Program-made: the position numbers and the translations under genes
DNA from: Ignavibacteriaceae bacterium
Lineage (GTDB): Bacteria; Bacteroidota; Ignavibacteria; Ignavibacteriales; Ignavibacteriaceae
Direction: 5' to 3'
DNA length: 44,256 nt
Assembly (NCBI GenBank): GCA_046703345.1
Contig: JBJKTB010000389.1
Location: 1-44,256, forward strand
Part shown: positions 22,129 to 30,543 of the stretch, one piece after another
How the letters are laid out: each line of letters opens with the position of its first letter
Numbering within the stretch: position 1 is the first letter of the stretch
The notes under the pieces: model-generated
The model's input: the letters and a program-made list of their open reading frames with translations, nothing else
The model's database searches: none
What the model was told of the DNA's origin: nothing

Positions 22129-22303
22129 TGCCCTCCTTCTTTAATTCTTTGTCTATTTCTTTTTTCATTTCTGGCCAGACCCACCAGTAGTTTTCCGATA
22201 TTATTCTTGCAAGCATTATCAATATGAATTCGCTCCCAAGTTTCTCTTGAATTATTCTTAGATCGTTTTCAATGGTTTTATCAGAAACATATATTATGCA
22301 CAT
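22129..22303 (-). CDS. Hypothetical ORF truncated by the palindrome axis (mirror copy)
   Basis: Exact reverse complement of 21954..22128. Confidence 0.4.
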
Positions 22304-22596
22304 TCTTGATTGTATTTCCTTTCCCTGTATTTCCGCTTCGTGCCTTCGGGATAAATAGTAACAAGCGTTTTGTTCCGGATAATCAAAAAGCATTTATATT
22401 CACTGCTCTTAAGTAATATTCCGCGATGGTCGTCGCTTAAATATCTAGCGGTATTTAAGATCGCAATAATGGCTTTTTTAGCGGCGATTAAACGGTCGTT
22501 AAAATCATTGATTGCATCCAGCTGCGGATTGAAACGCTGTATGTACCGCTTGCAGACGTGATTTGTTATTTCTAATTCCAAATCTTCTCCGTTCAT
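22294..22596 (-). CDS. Hypothetical early protein (100 aa), mirror copy
   Basis: Exact reverse complement of 21661..21963; identical protein in the ORF track. Confidence 0.6.
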   Translation of the reverse strand: MNGEDLELEITNHVCKRYIQRFNPQLDAINDFNDRLIAAKKAIIAILNTARYLSDDHRGILLKSSEYKCFLIIRNKTLVTIYPEGTKRKYRERKYNQECA

Positions 22597-23558
22597 GTTA
22601 ATAAAGATCCGGCGGCAAGGTCTATTAAGTCATCGGAGAGTTCTTCTCCGGTTTCGTTAATAGTCCTTTTAACCAAAGTGATTAAGTGCTGCAGCAGTCT
22701 GCCGTTGTGCTTTGAAAGCTGCAGGAACGTGTTTGCAAATTTCATTGCTTCCGGAAAGTTCACATGCAGAATTGCTTTCACATCACCCTGCTGCAGCAAA
22801 GTAATTTCTTCCTTTATTCCTATTCGGCTGAACAGCTGCTGCAGCTCTTTGCGCGGCCCTCTTAGTCTGTCTAAAAGTTTGGGTGTTCCGGAAAGCAGCA
22901 TGCCGATGCTGGTAAAGTCCTGTATGCGCCTAATTATTTCTATACAAGAAACACTGAGGTTCTCCCCTTCGTCAATAATAAGTATGCGGTTTGTCCCGTT
23001 AAGCTTTTTTATTATTTCTTCGAAAAGGTTTTGGTTTGAAATTAACCTAGGAGTATCTTTTAAAGTATATGAGAACAGCGGGATCTTCAGCTCTTTGCAA
23101 ACATCGTTTATTAAACTGCGGACCGTTACCAGAGGAGTCACTTCTATAAGTATCGTATTCTTATTCCGCTTCTTATATTCATTCACCGTAATTGTTTTGC
23201 CGCAGCCGGGCACGCCGGCTATAACTCCGATTGTATGCTCTTCGGCCGAATGATTTATTACTTTAAATATTGTCTGTGCGGCGGTAGTTTCTGCAAAGGT
23301 TAAGATCCCCTTGCTTACCGCCTTAGTAATTTCGGCCTCTTCACTGTCAAGGTAATCGTTTATTCGGTTCGCAAGTTCGGAAAGCTTTTCCTTTCTAACC
23401 TCATATTTGCCATTACGGAACAGCGAGATAGTACCGGGAGACATACCGATGTTATTACCTATGGTTGAATTACTCCTTAAAGTATTTTCAGCCATGAATT
23501 GATTGAGACGTTTTCTTATTTCTTCTATCCTAGAATCGCTGAGAATTTGTTCGGGCAT
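22593..23558 (-). CDS. MuB-like AAA+ ATPase (321 aa), mirror copy
   Basis: Exact reverse complement of 20699..21664; identical protein (Walker A GVPGCGKT, Walker B LIIDEGE). Confidence 0.85.
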   Translation of the reverse strand: MPEQILSDSRIEEIRKRLNQFMAENTLRSNSTIGNNIGMSPGTISLFRNGKYEVRKEKLSELANRINDYLDSEEAEITKAVSKGILTFAETTAAQTIFKVINHSAEEHTIGVIAGVPGCGKTITVNEYKKRNKNTILIEVTPLVTVRSLINDVCKELKIPLFSYTLKDTPRLISNQNLFEEIIKKLNGTNRILIIDEGENLSVSCIEIIRRIQDFTSIGMLLSGTPKLLDRLRGPRKELQQLFSRIGIKEEITLLQQGDVKAILHVNFPEAMKFANTFLQLSKHNGRLLQHLITLVKRTINETGEELSDDLIDLAAGSLLT

Positions 23559-23579
23559 ATATTATTCCTCCTATAATAT

Positions 23580-24005
23580 TTATAAATAATTATAGTCTTG
23601 TTCTATCGTTAAAATTTTTGTGTAAGCTTTCAGTTTGCGGAAGTCTTTCATTGTGGTATCGCTATTCATTAGAATAAGCAATGGCACTTTGTATTTATAA
23701 GCATCGTCTATAATTCTGTTATAGCTGCTCTTTATAACGTCCGCGCCGGTAACGGTAATCAGTTTGCCTTCAATAAAAGCGGCTACCTGGTTAAACGTTA
23801 TGTTTTTTATTTTCAGTTTTGAGGATAAGCGGAACATGAACATAGGTGCCGTGTATGCGTCCCGGCCTCTTATTACAACTGCTTTTTTCTGGTCAAGCAG
23901 TTTGTTCTGCAGAATAGCCTCATCGGTTTTGGGGATGTTGTAGATTATCCCGACCGCTTTTCTTTTAATTACTCTGTCGATGATGTTGTTGACTTTCCTC
24001 GTCAT
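23580..24005 (-). CDS. Hypothetical protein (141 aa) between the transposase and MuB-like genes, mirror copy
   Basis: Exact reverse complement of 20252..20677; identical protein. Confidence 0.65.
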   Translation of the reverse strand: MTRKVNNIIDRVIKRKAVGIIYNIPKTDEAILQNKLLDQKKAVVIRGRDAYTAPMFMFRLSSKLKIKNITFNQVAAFIEGKLITVTGADVIKSSYNRIIDDAYKYKVPLLILMNSDTTMKDFRKLKAYTKILTIEQDYNYL

Positions 24006-24008
24006 ATT

Positions 24009-26030
24009 TTATCCCTCTGCTGCTTTGGAAGTTAAATCAATATTGCGCACCTTTTTTTGTCCCGGATTATTCCACAAATCCGTAATGCTTTTTTTCTTCT
24101 TACGCCCTTTGCCCTCCGAAGCTTTAGCGGATGGGGGTGCTTCTTCATTTTCCGATTCCGGATTGTCCGAGTGCTCGGGCAAAGACAATATATTTGCGTC
24201 CTGTAGCTGGCGCTTAATGTCAGGGAATATCTCTTCCTGAATAAATTGTTTCGCTTCTCCGGTTATTGAAGATTTTAATTTTTCTTTAATTGCCAGTTGT
24301 TCGTGTAATTTTTTAATATCTTCTTCATTGCCCAGCAAACCGGCTGCAGGATGAACTTTTTCAACATCCTTTGCTTCGCATATAAATTCACCGGCTAGGT
24401 CATAAACAAAAATTGAATCACGATCCAGCAAATCATAACGTATAAGTAATTCGCTGCCTGGTCCAAGCTTCTTTCCGAATAAAGATTCATTCCAGAACCA
24501 GGTAGAAAATAATCTTATGCCTTTGCGGTAAAGTGTAGCAATATTCATCTGCATCATTAAAAAGATAAGTTCTTTTTTATTAACGCCCGGACCTCTGCCT
24601 TCGTTAAAGACCTCTGCCGGAGTCAGTCCTTTTAAGTGCCCGGAAATCTTTTCGCGGTTATGATATTTATCCAGCCACCAGCCCATTGCTTTATGCGCAG
24701 TCCAAATATCAATAGTTGTACCCTGCATTGCTTTTTGATAAAGCTTTGTATGAATTTTTTCACCTCGGTTCATCCTTGCAGGTTTGTTCTCAATAGATGT
24801 CCCTACATAAGTAGGGATAATCCTTTCGAGTTCTGCCATCCAATCCCAGAACGGTTCAATCGGCTTGCCCTGAGGATGATATGCCTTAGCAAAAATCGTA
24901 TCTATTCCCAGCCGGGCAAAAAGAGGCTCAAGATTATCTATATCCGATTCATGGAAATATTTTGCTTTAAATGCCTTGCCGTTATCTATATAAACTATCT
25001 TCGGAATTTTTCCTAGGTTAAGTATTGCCCGGCGCAGCGCACTTGCAATAGACAATGTGTTTTCTGTAATTGCAATTTCATATCCGGCCAGATATTGGCT
25101 CTTAAAATCCATTGCGCCGACAGTTATCATTCTTTTCGGCAGGCCGGTCAGAGGATTAATTATTTCATAGTTATTAACGTGGCCGTCCATTACTATAATA
25201 TCGCCGACTTCAACTTTATCATAATCTCTTTCTAGGTAGGGCAAAACTTTATCATCAAGTCCCTTCTCGCCTTCTCTATAAAAAATATAGTCCGCATAAT
25301 TATCTTTTATCCATTGGTTAAGAAATCGGCAGTAAGTTGTATAGCTCCGAATATGGGGAAATCTTTTGGCTACAAAGAAGTCTATTGCCATATGTACGGT
25401 TTCAGAAACCAGAGGCTTTCTTAGAGGGTTCAAATGCAGTCTAATTAAAACCTTGGATTCTTCCGGAGTAACACAGCTTTGTTTTTTAACCGGATACTGC
25501 GGAGCAAGCGCCCTGTAGTCTTTTCCGGAGTTAATATATTTTGTCCTCCACTTGCGGATTGTCTGTATGTTGCGCTGACCTATAATCTTAAAAATATCTT
25601 CCCATGCTTTGTTGTTATACGCATTAACAAATTTATGCTGGGCATTTGTTTTATTGCCTTTGTTCTCAGGCAGGCCGCTATACTCTATAAACATATTTAT
25701 CAGCTTTGCGGCCGCTATTGCAAATTGGTACTGCCTGGGACTTAGTTCGTTCCCGGTCGTCTCGATATGTCCCGATGAATCGGGACTACTCGACGACCTT
25801 GCAGAAACTGCCGGGTGGAATTTGGCTTTTATATTTACAGGTACTTCCGGATCATCAATTGAAACGTATCCTTCGCCTTTAATCTTTATATAAGTTTTGT
25901 ATTTGCCGCGCGCGGCTCTTTTGCGGATCGTATTATATTCCTTCTGCCAGTGAATTTCGTTAATAAGCTTTGCAAGCTGCTTTAAGCTTATTAAATTTTC
26001 ATGCTGCGAACCGGGAATTATAGCTTTCAT
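24009..26030 (-). CDS. Mu-type DDE transposase (MuA-like), 673 aa, mirror copy
   Basis: Exact reverse complement of 18227..20248; identical protein. Confidence 0.9.
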   Translation of the reverse strand: MKAIIPGSQHENLISLKQLAKLINEIHWQKEYNTIRKRAARGKYKTYIKIKGEGYVSIDDPEVPVNIKAKFHPAVSARSSSSPDSSGHIETTGNELSPRQYQFAIAAAKLINMFIEYSGLPENKGNKTNAQHKFVNAYNNKAWEDIFKIIGQRNIQTIRKWRTKYINSGKDYRALAPQYPVKKQSCVTPEESKVLIRLHLNPLRKPLVSETVHMAIDFFVAKRFPHIRSYTTYCRFLNQWIKDNYADYIFYREGEKGLDDKVLPYLERDYDKVEVGDIIVMDGHVNNYEIINPLTGLPKRMITVGAMDFKSQYLAGYEIAITENTLSIASALRRAILNLGKIPKIVYIDNGKAFKAKYFHESDIDNLEPLFARLGIDTIFAKAYHPQGKPIEPFWDWMAELERIIPTYVGTSIENKPARMNRGEKIHTKLYQKAMQGTTIDIWTAHKAMGWWLDKYHNREKISGHLKGLTPAEVFNEGRGPGVNKKELIFLMMQMNIATLYRKGIRLFSTWFWNESLFGKKLGPGSELLIRYDLLDRDSIFVYDLAGEFICEAKDVEKVHPAAGLLGNEEDIKKLHEQLAIKEKLKSSITGEAKQFIQEEIFPDIKRQLQDANILSLPEHSDNPESENEEAPPSAKASEGKGRKKKKSITDLWNNPGQKKVRNIDLTSKAAEG

Positions 26031-26146
26031 AAATCATCTTTGTTAAAAGAGTTTCTGTATGTCCTATGCGGCGCGCTCTTTCTAATTTTGCGCAGCATGT
26101 AAAGTGCGGTAATAAGGATTAATAACCACGAAGTTATTATGTACAT
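26027..26146 (-). CDS. Very small membrane ORF (39 aa), mirror copy
   Basis: Exact reverse complement of 18111..18230. Confidence 0.35.
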   Translation of the reverse strand: MYIITSWLLILITALYMLRKIRKSAPHRTYRNSFNKDDL

Positions 26147-26415
26147 ATATTTAATTCTCCTTTTAATTTTATAATTTGTTTTGCGGCGGGCAGATAGCAT
26201 AGAGTAAGATCGGGAGTTAGAAATATAAGCCGGTGATCTTTTGTGTGCCCGACCATTGCCTTTTTCATGTGGTACTTCTGGAATTCTGCGGGGATGGGAT
26301 AGTTATATCCGTCCCATCTTATAAATGTGCGGTGAATAAGTCTTATGTTATGCATAGAAAAAAATGCGCGGATAGTATCGCCGCCTTCTTTTATTTCGAG
26401 GTTTAAATCCTGCAT
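26137..26415 (-). CDS. Hypothetical early protein (92 aa), mirror copy
   Basis: Exact reverse complement of 17842..18120; identical protein. Confidence 0.55.
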   Translation of the reverse strand: MQDLNLEIKEGGDTIRAFFSMHNIRLIHRTFIRWDGYNYPIPAEFQKYHMKKAMVGHTKDHRLIFLTPDLTLCYLPAAKQIIKLKGELNICT

Positions 26416-26418
26416 AAT

Positions 26419-26631
26419 TTAATTCCTATTTTCATAGAAGATATTATATAAAAATTTTGCCGCCATCATTTTAATGCTTGCCGTGTCATGCCTGTCGCCG
26501 GTAGTATTTTTGTAAATAAGCCCCTGGAAGCCGATAAATCTTTTTAACTGCTCCATCGGCTCAAGATCCGGGTAATGGCTCTTGGCTTCTTCGCATATAT
26601 CTTTAAAAGAAATTTCTATTGTCTTAAACAT
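26419..26631 (-). CDS. Hypothetical early protein (70 aa), mirror copy
   Basis: Exact reverse complement of 17626..17838; identical protein. Confidence 0.55.
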   Translation of the reverse strand: MFKTIEISFKDICEEAKSHYPDLEPMEQLKRFIGFQGLIYKNTTGDRHDTASIKMMAAKFLYNIFYENRN

Positions 26632-26824
26632 TATTGGCCGCCGTATCTTTTAAGTTTTTATTGAACGAAGCTGCTGAAGCGAAAGTCTCGTTAAGTGTTT
26701 TGCTGTCCGCATCGGTAAAAAGGAAACCCGCAACATCCGGGTGCCTGCGCAGAAGAAAACGGATTAATGCAAATAGTAATGAGGCAACAAGAAGCGAATC
26801 AATTATTATAACAATGTAAATCAT
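26624..26824 (-). CDS. Small membrane protein (66 aa), mirror copy
   Basis: Exact reverse complement of 17433..17633. Confidence 0.5.
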   Translation of the reverse strand: MIYIVIIIDSLLVASLLFALIRFLLRRHPDVAGFLFTDADSKTLNETFASAASFNKNLKDTAANNV

Positions 26825-26976
26825 CCTTCCCTCCATTTTAATCGTACAAACAGGACTAAAAAAATAAATGAGGCTATAAAGGCGTTTAGTGCGGCAATGG
26901 GGTTGTCGTGCTTAAACAAATCTACCAGCCCGATGATAAGCCAAAGAAAGGTTAGCATTTGATATAATGTTTTCAT
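26821..26976 (-). CDS. Small membrane protein (51 aa), mirror copy
   Basis: Exact reverse complement of 17281..17436. Confidence 0.45.
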   Translation of the reverse strand: MKTLYQMLTFLWLIIGLVDLFKHDNPIAALNAFIASFIFLVLFVRLKWREG

Positions 26977-26977
26977 G

Positions 26978-27601
26978 TTAATTTGCTTTTGATTCTTTTG
27001 CCGGTGTATTAAGCAGCGATTTATTATCGCATGCATTAATTATTTGTCTGGCACTGTCAATTAAATTCTGTGCTTTCTTCTTTATCCTTTCGGCCTCCTC
27101 TCCGGTTAGAATATCGTCCATAATATCTTTATTGAATTCGTCGGCGAGATCTCCGTTTTCTTTTGCAAGGTTTAAAATGTGCGAGTTAAGCGCCTTAATA
27201 TCTTCTATTACTTCTCTAGCAATTTCTTTTGAGAAGTAGGAAATAGAATATTCATAGTATGAGATAATAGGTATATGATTGTTGATGAATTGACAGATCA
27301 GCCTAAAATCCTCGGTGCCCATTTTTGATGAAACCGAAATAGAATCGTTTCTGCACCATTGCTGGATTGTAATGGCTTTCGGCGGTTTACGTCCGTTAAT
27401 GTGATGGCTGGAATAATGATCCCGAAACTGTTTTTCTAGCCAAAGCCAGACGTTAAAATCTCTAACGCCGGTGCGGCGGATCTTCTCCTGCATTTCCAAA
27501 CAGGCCTGTTCAAGTTGGTCTAAATAATGAATATTAAGATTGTAGCCGTTTTGTAGATGGTCTGTGCATACCGGGTTGTTGCCTGTTTTTGTATTTGTCA
27601 T
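26978..27601 (-). CDS. Hypothetical early protein (207 aa), mirror copy
   Basis: Exact reverse complement of 16656..17279; identical protein. Confidence 0.6.
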   Translation of the reverse strand: MTNTKTGNNPVCTDHLQNGYNLNIHYLDQLEQACLEMQEKIRRTGVRDFNVWLWLEKQFRDHYSSHHINGRKPPKAITIQQWCRNDSISVSSKMGTEDFRLICQFINNHIPIISYYEYSISYFSKEIAREVIEDIKALNSHILNLAKENGDLADEFNKDIMDDILTGEEAERIKKKAQNLIDSARQIINACDNKSLLNTPAKESKAN

Positions 27602-27640
27602 TAAATTCTTCCTCCTGTTAACTTAAACGGGATTCTCCCT

Positions 27641-27847
27641 TTATTGTTTGTTCTTTGAATTGATTAAATTTATTATTTTCTGTCTGAGGTCCTTAAGGCG
27701 TGGATGTCTGTTTATGGCCATTGAAACCGCCGCTTCGGTATAATTAAGTTCGCCGGCAATATCGGCCTGAGTCATCTCTAAAGTATCAATATAATATCTA
27801 ACAAGAGCAGGATCTGAATCGACGTCTAAAATATTTCCCTTTTTCAT
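27641..27847 (-). CDS. Ner/Cro-like small HTH regulator (68 aa), mirror copy
   Basis: Exact reverse complement of 16410..16616; identical protein. Confidence 0.55.
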   Translation of the reverse strand: MKKGNILDVDSDPALVRYYIDTLEMTQADIAGELNYTEAAVSMAINRHPRLKDLRQKIINLINSKNKQ

Positions 27848-27889
27848 TCCATTTACTTAATTTGATTTAAGAAATTAAACACACAAGTG

Positions 27890-27918
27890 AACATAATAAA
27901 TTAATTATATCGTGTCAA
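27890..27918 (-). promoter_or_regulatory. Early promoter (TTGACA-17-TATGTT), mirror copy
   Basis: Exact reverse complement of 16339..16367 (aacata at 27890-27895, tgtcaa at 27913-27918). Confidence 0.6.
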
Positions 27919-27950
27919 GTATAAAATAAAAAAAATATAAAATATTAATT

Positions 27951-28304
27951 ATGGAACTAGATAAGGCGGCAATCGCGGCCCGAACTAAGAAGTGGTTCGA
28001 AGATACATTCGGGACTGTGGCCGAAGGCTGCAGACAGTTAAATCTAAAAGAAATAAGCATAAGGAATAATAACCTCAGCGGATCAAGTCTGCCGGGGGCG
28101 CCTTTTCTGGCAAAATACGTTCTAAACGGCGGGGATATTCACTGGCTCTTTTTTGGAGAGGGGAAAAGCGAGAATAAAATAAAAGAAACCGCTCTTGGTT
28201 ATTACTCCGAAAAAGAAAATAAGAACAAAGAAGAAATTAAAAAAGGCTTCGATAAGCTTATGCGTGAGTTTACTAAGTTAAAAATTACAATAGAAAAATT
28301 ATAG
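27951..28304 (+). CDS. CI-like phage repressor (117 aa), mirror copy
   Basis: Exact reverse complement of 15953..16306; identical protein. Confidence 0.65.
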   Translation: MELDKAAIAARTKKWFEDTFGTVAEGCRQLNLKEISIRNNNLSGSSLPGAPFLAKYVLNGGDIHWLFFGEGKSENKIKETALGYYSEKENKNKEEIKKGFDKLMREFTKLKITIEKL

Positions 28305-28305
28305 C

Positions 28306-28322
28306 GGGGACTTATAGTCCCC
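28306..28322. terminator. Hairpin GGGGACT-tat-AGTCCCC, mirror copy
   Basis: Exact reverse complement of 15935..15951. Confidence 0.4.
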
Positions 28323-28332
28323 CCCCTTTAGA

Positions 28333-28518
28333 TCAGCTTATGCCGGTAAGTATATCGGTGAGTATTTTCTTTAATTCTGCAAGATTGGCGGACAAACATT
28401 CATCAATACCATAATTGTCTTCTAAACTAATAACCATAGTTTGGACCAATGTTAATAAATGGATTGCCTTTTGCAAGAATAAGATTAATGGGACAGAATC
28501 TGGCAGCTGCGAAAACAT
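28333..28518 (-). CDS. Hypothetical small protein (61 aa), mirror copy
   Basis: Exact reverse complement of 15739..15924. Confidence 0.5.
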   Translation of the reverse strand: MFSQLPDSVPLILFLQKAIHLLTLVQTMVISLEDNYGIDECLSANLAELKKILTDILTGIS

Positions 28519-28579
28519 TTTTCCTCCTCTTAATAATTGTAGAATTGCGGCGGCTAAGTTAACTACCCCCGTTGAGTTC

Positions 28580-28703
28580 AAAAAAAAGCGGAACCGACTT
28601 TGCCACGCCTCCAACGAGAAGCGCCCGGCGCCGGGTAACCGGTTAGCCGGAAGCCGGTTCCGTTATAAAACTCGAAACCGTTTCTTTTCGTTGGAAGTTT
28701 GGC
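28580..28703 (-). promoter_or_regulatory. GC-rich structured leader with intrinsic terminator, mirror copy
   Basis: Exact reverse complement of 15554..15677. Confidence 0.5.
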
Positions 28704-28762
28704 ATTTGAAAGTTATATAATTATTTTTAAATGAACAAAACAAAAATTAAGAGGGAAGAGAG

Positions 28763-29140
28763 ATGAGGGCTTTAGCGGTAATAATTTTATTAATGATTTG
28801 CGTATCTTCTTATGGCCAATCGAAAATAAATCTAAATTTAGAACCGTCAAAAAACAAAGCGAAAGAATATACCATGCCTTATGTTTATTTACTACCTATT
28901 GCCGCTTTAACGGCCTATTTATCTTATGATAGTTTTAAAGATTCTTTTAAATTAAATAATGAAATTGACAAGAGAATGTCTATGGGGATTGATGCTTCGG
29001 CATTAAAAGACAAAAGAGCACTTAAATATAAGATAGGCGGGCTTGCCGCTATTACAAGTTTGGCTTTATTTATTATTGGCTTTCAAAGAGTCGAAATAAA
29101 AGCAGATAATAATAGATTGACTTTAAGCTATAGGTTTTGA
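28763..29140 (+). CDS. Secreted/membrane accessory protein (125 aa), mirror copy
   Basis: Exact reverse complement of 15117..15494; identical protein. Confidence 0.6.
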   Translation: MRALAVIILLMICVSSYGQSKINLNLEPSKNKAKEYTMPYVYLLPIAALTAYLSYDSFKDSFKLNNEIDKRMSMGIDASALKDKRALKYKIGGLAAITSLALFIIGFQRVEIKADNNRLTLSYRF

Positions 29141-29156
29141 ACCCACCCCTTTAATT

Positions 29157-29173
29157 CCCCTCCACTGGAGGGG
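29157..29173. terminator. Hairpin CCCCTCC-act-GGAGGGG, mirror copy
   Basis: Exact reverse complement of 15084..15100. Confidence 0.4.
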
Positions 29174-29185
29174 AAACAATATGCT

Positions 29186-29791
29186 TTATTTTGCAATATG
29201 ATTTTGAATTTCTTTAATTATCAAACTCTTATAACTATCCGTTAATACCATAAACGGGCGGGCGGGAATATTTACCATATACGACTGCTGGCTGATAGTA
29301 TAGCGCAGCGCATTTTTATGCCGCTTGCCTGCAAACCTCATTAAATTAGGATTGGTTTCTTGCCGCATTAAATTTTCATAATCCCATTGCTTCCCATTAT
29401 TCTTAAATTTCTTTTTCATCCTAAAGGCAAGTTCGCGTGTGCGCGGGTGATGGAATATATCGGCGCCGAACTGATGAGAGCGTGCATAAATTAAATTTGT
29501 AGATACAACGGATTCCGTTTCGTTTGCATTTGCCTGCAGAGAGCGCTGCAGCTGTCCAGTTGCTTCCAATATGTTTGATGACAATCCTTTTCTGCTTTTC
29601 GCTTTTAACGTTGCGGGCTTAAGCTGTGGCCAGCCGCCGAGAACCAAAGAGCCCTGGGTTGCAAAATTATTTTCAACGGATGCAAGCATATGTCCGGCTA
29701 TTGCAGTCATTAAATTCTTGTCCGGAATAAAACGGGACTGCAGGTTTGAGATTATTAAATTTATTTGTTCTATGAAATTGTTGTCGTTCAT
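29186..29791 (-). CDS. Mu G-like virion morphogenesis protein (201 aa), mirror copy
   Basis: Exact reverse complement of 14466..15071; identical protein. Confidence 0.8.
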   Translation of the reverse strand: MNDNNFIEQINLIISNLQSRFIPDKNLMTAIAGHMLASVENNFATQGSLVLGGWPQLKPATLKAKSRKGLSSNILEATGQLQRSLQANANETESVVSTNLIYARSHQFGADIFHHPRTRELAFRMKKKFKNNGKQWDYENLMRQETNPNLMRFAGKRHKNALRYTISQQSYMVNIPARPFMVLTDSYKSLIIKEIQNHIAK

Positions 29792-30543
29792 TTATATGCT
29801 TCATAGATTGCTCTTAAGTCGGAATCGTATTTTAAAAGGTCCGGTTCAAATAAACTTTTACCGGGGTTATAATCCCAGCCGTCGGCAACATCAATTCTAA
29901 CATCGCTGCCGTTCCAAACTTTTAATCCGCGAGCAAGGACTTCGTCATATGTTAATGCAACAACACGGCATCCGCAGTTAAAACCGTTAGGCGGATAAAT
30001 TTTATCCCAAATGGGATCGTTCCACATAAAAACTTTACCGTCGTAAAGCGCATGTTCTTTTCTATAAGACGGGCGGTGAATCTGCACATACAGCCAGTAT
30101 GGCCTGCTTGCCGCATTTTGTGCCTGGAACTTGTAGCGCGCTGCATTGTACGCAACGTTTGCATTTGTATTATAGATAGTAAGCAGGCGGCGGGGAGAGC
30201 CGAGCTGAATCATTTTATCCGGAGGTATCCCGGAGTTGGGATCATATCCCGGCACTTCGTCGGCTCTTACTTTACCCCACCAGCCGAGACGCTTTAGAGT
30301 CGGCTCTAAGTCTTTTAAAAACTGCTGATATGTAATTCCTTTTGAAAATATTTTATCTGTTTCGTTCTTTATTTCCTGGAGTATGTCAAGCTTCATCACC
30401 TTTGCAACGGTAAAGCTCCGCATGTGCGCATCCTGCCAAATATCATTCCAGTTCCAGCTGAAAGAATATCCTTTTGAATAAAACCATTTTATTATTTCTT
30501 CCGGGGGAAGAGTAAGCAAATATTTTAAGTCGTTCTCGGTCAT
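29788..30543 (-). CDS. Mu F-like head morphogenesis protein (251 aa), mirror copy
   Basis: Exact reverse complement of 13714..14469; identical protein. Confidence 0.85.
   Translation of the reverse strand: MTENDLKYLLTLPPEEIIKWFYSKGYSFSWNWNDIWQDAHMRSFTVAKVMKLDILQEIKNETDKIFSKGITYQQFLKDLEPTLKRLGWWGKVRADEVPGYDPNSGIPPDKMIQLGSPRRLLTIYNTNANVAYNAARYKFQAQNAASRPYWLYVQIHRPSYRKEHALYDGKVFMWNDPIWDKIYPPNGFNCGCRVVALTYDEVLARGLKVWNGSDVRIDVADGWDYNPGKSLFEPDLLKYDSDLRAIYEAYK

Noticed and set aside
22100-22157. Central dyad as a protelomerase (telRL-like) site or hairpin telomere of an N15-type linear prophage
   Set aside because: There is no protelomerase-like gene in the unit. The phage is Mu-like (DDE transposase plus MuB-like ATPase) and should replicate by transposition. 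The axis lies inside an ORF and has no distinct telomere-type sequence beyond the arms themselves. It is kept only as the unlikely alternative in the main finding.
21864-22393. Two identical 108-aa ORFs on opposite strands spanning the centre
   Set aside because: They are chimeras of a truncated real frame with its own antisense, generated by the palindrome. They are not a genuine gene pair.
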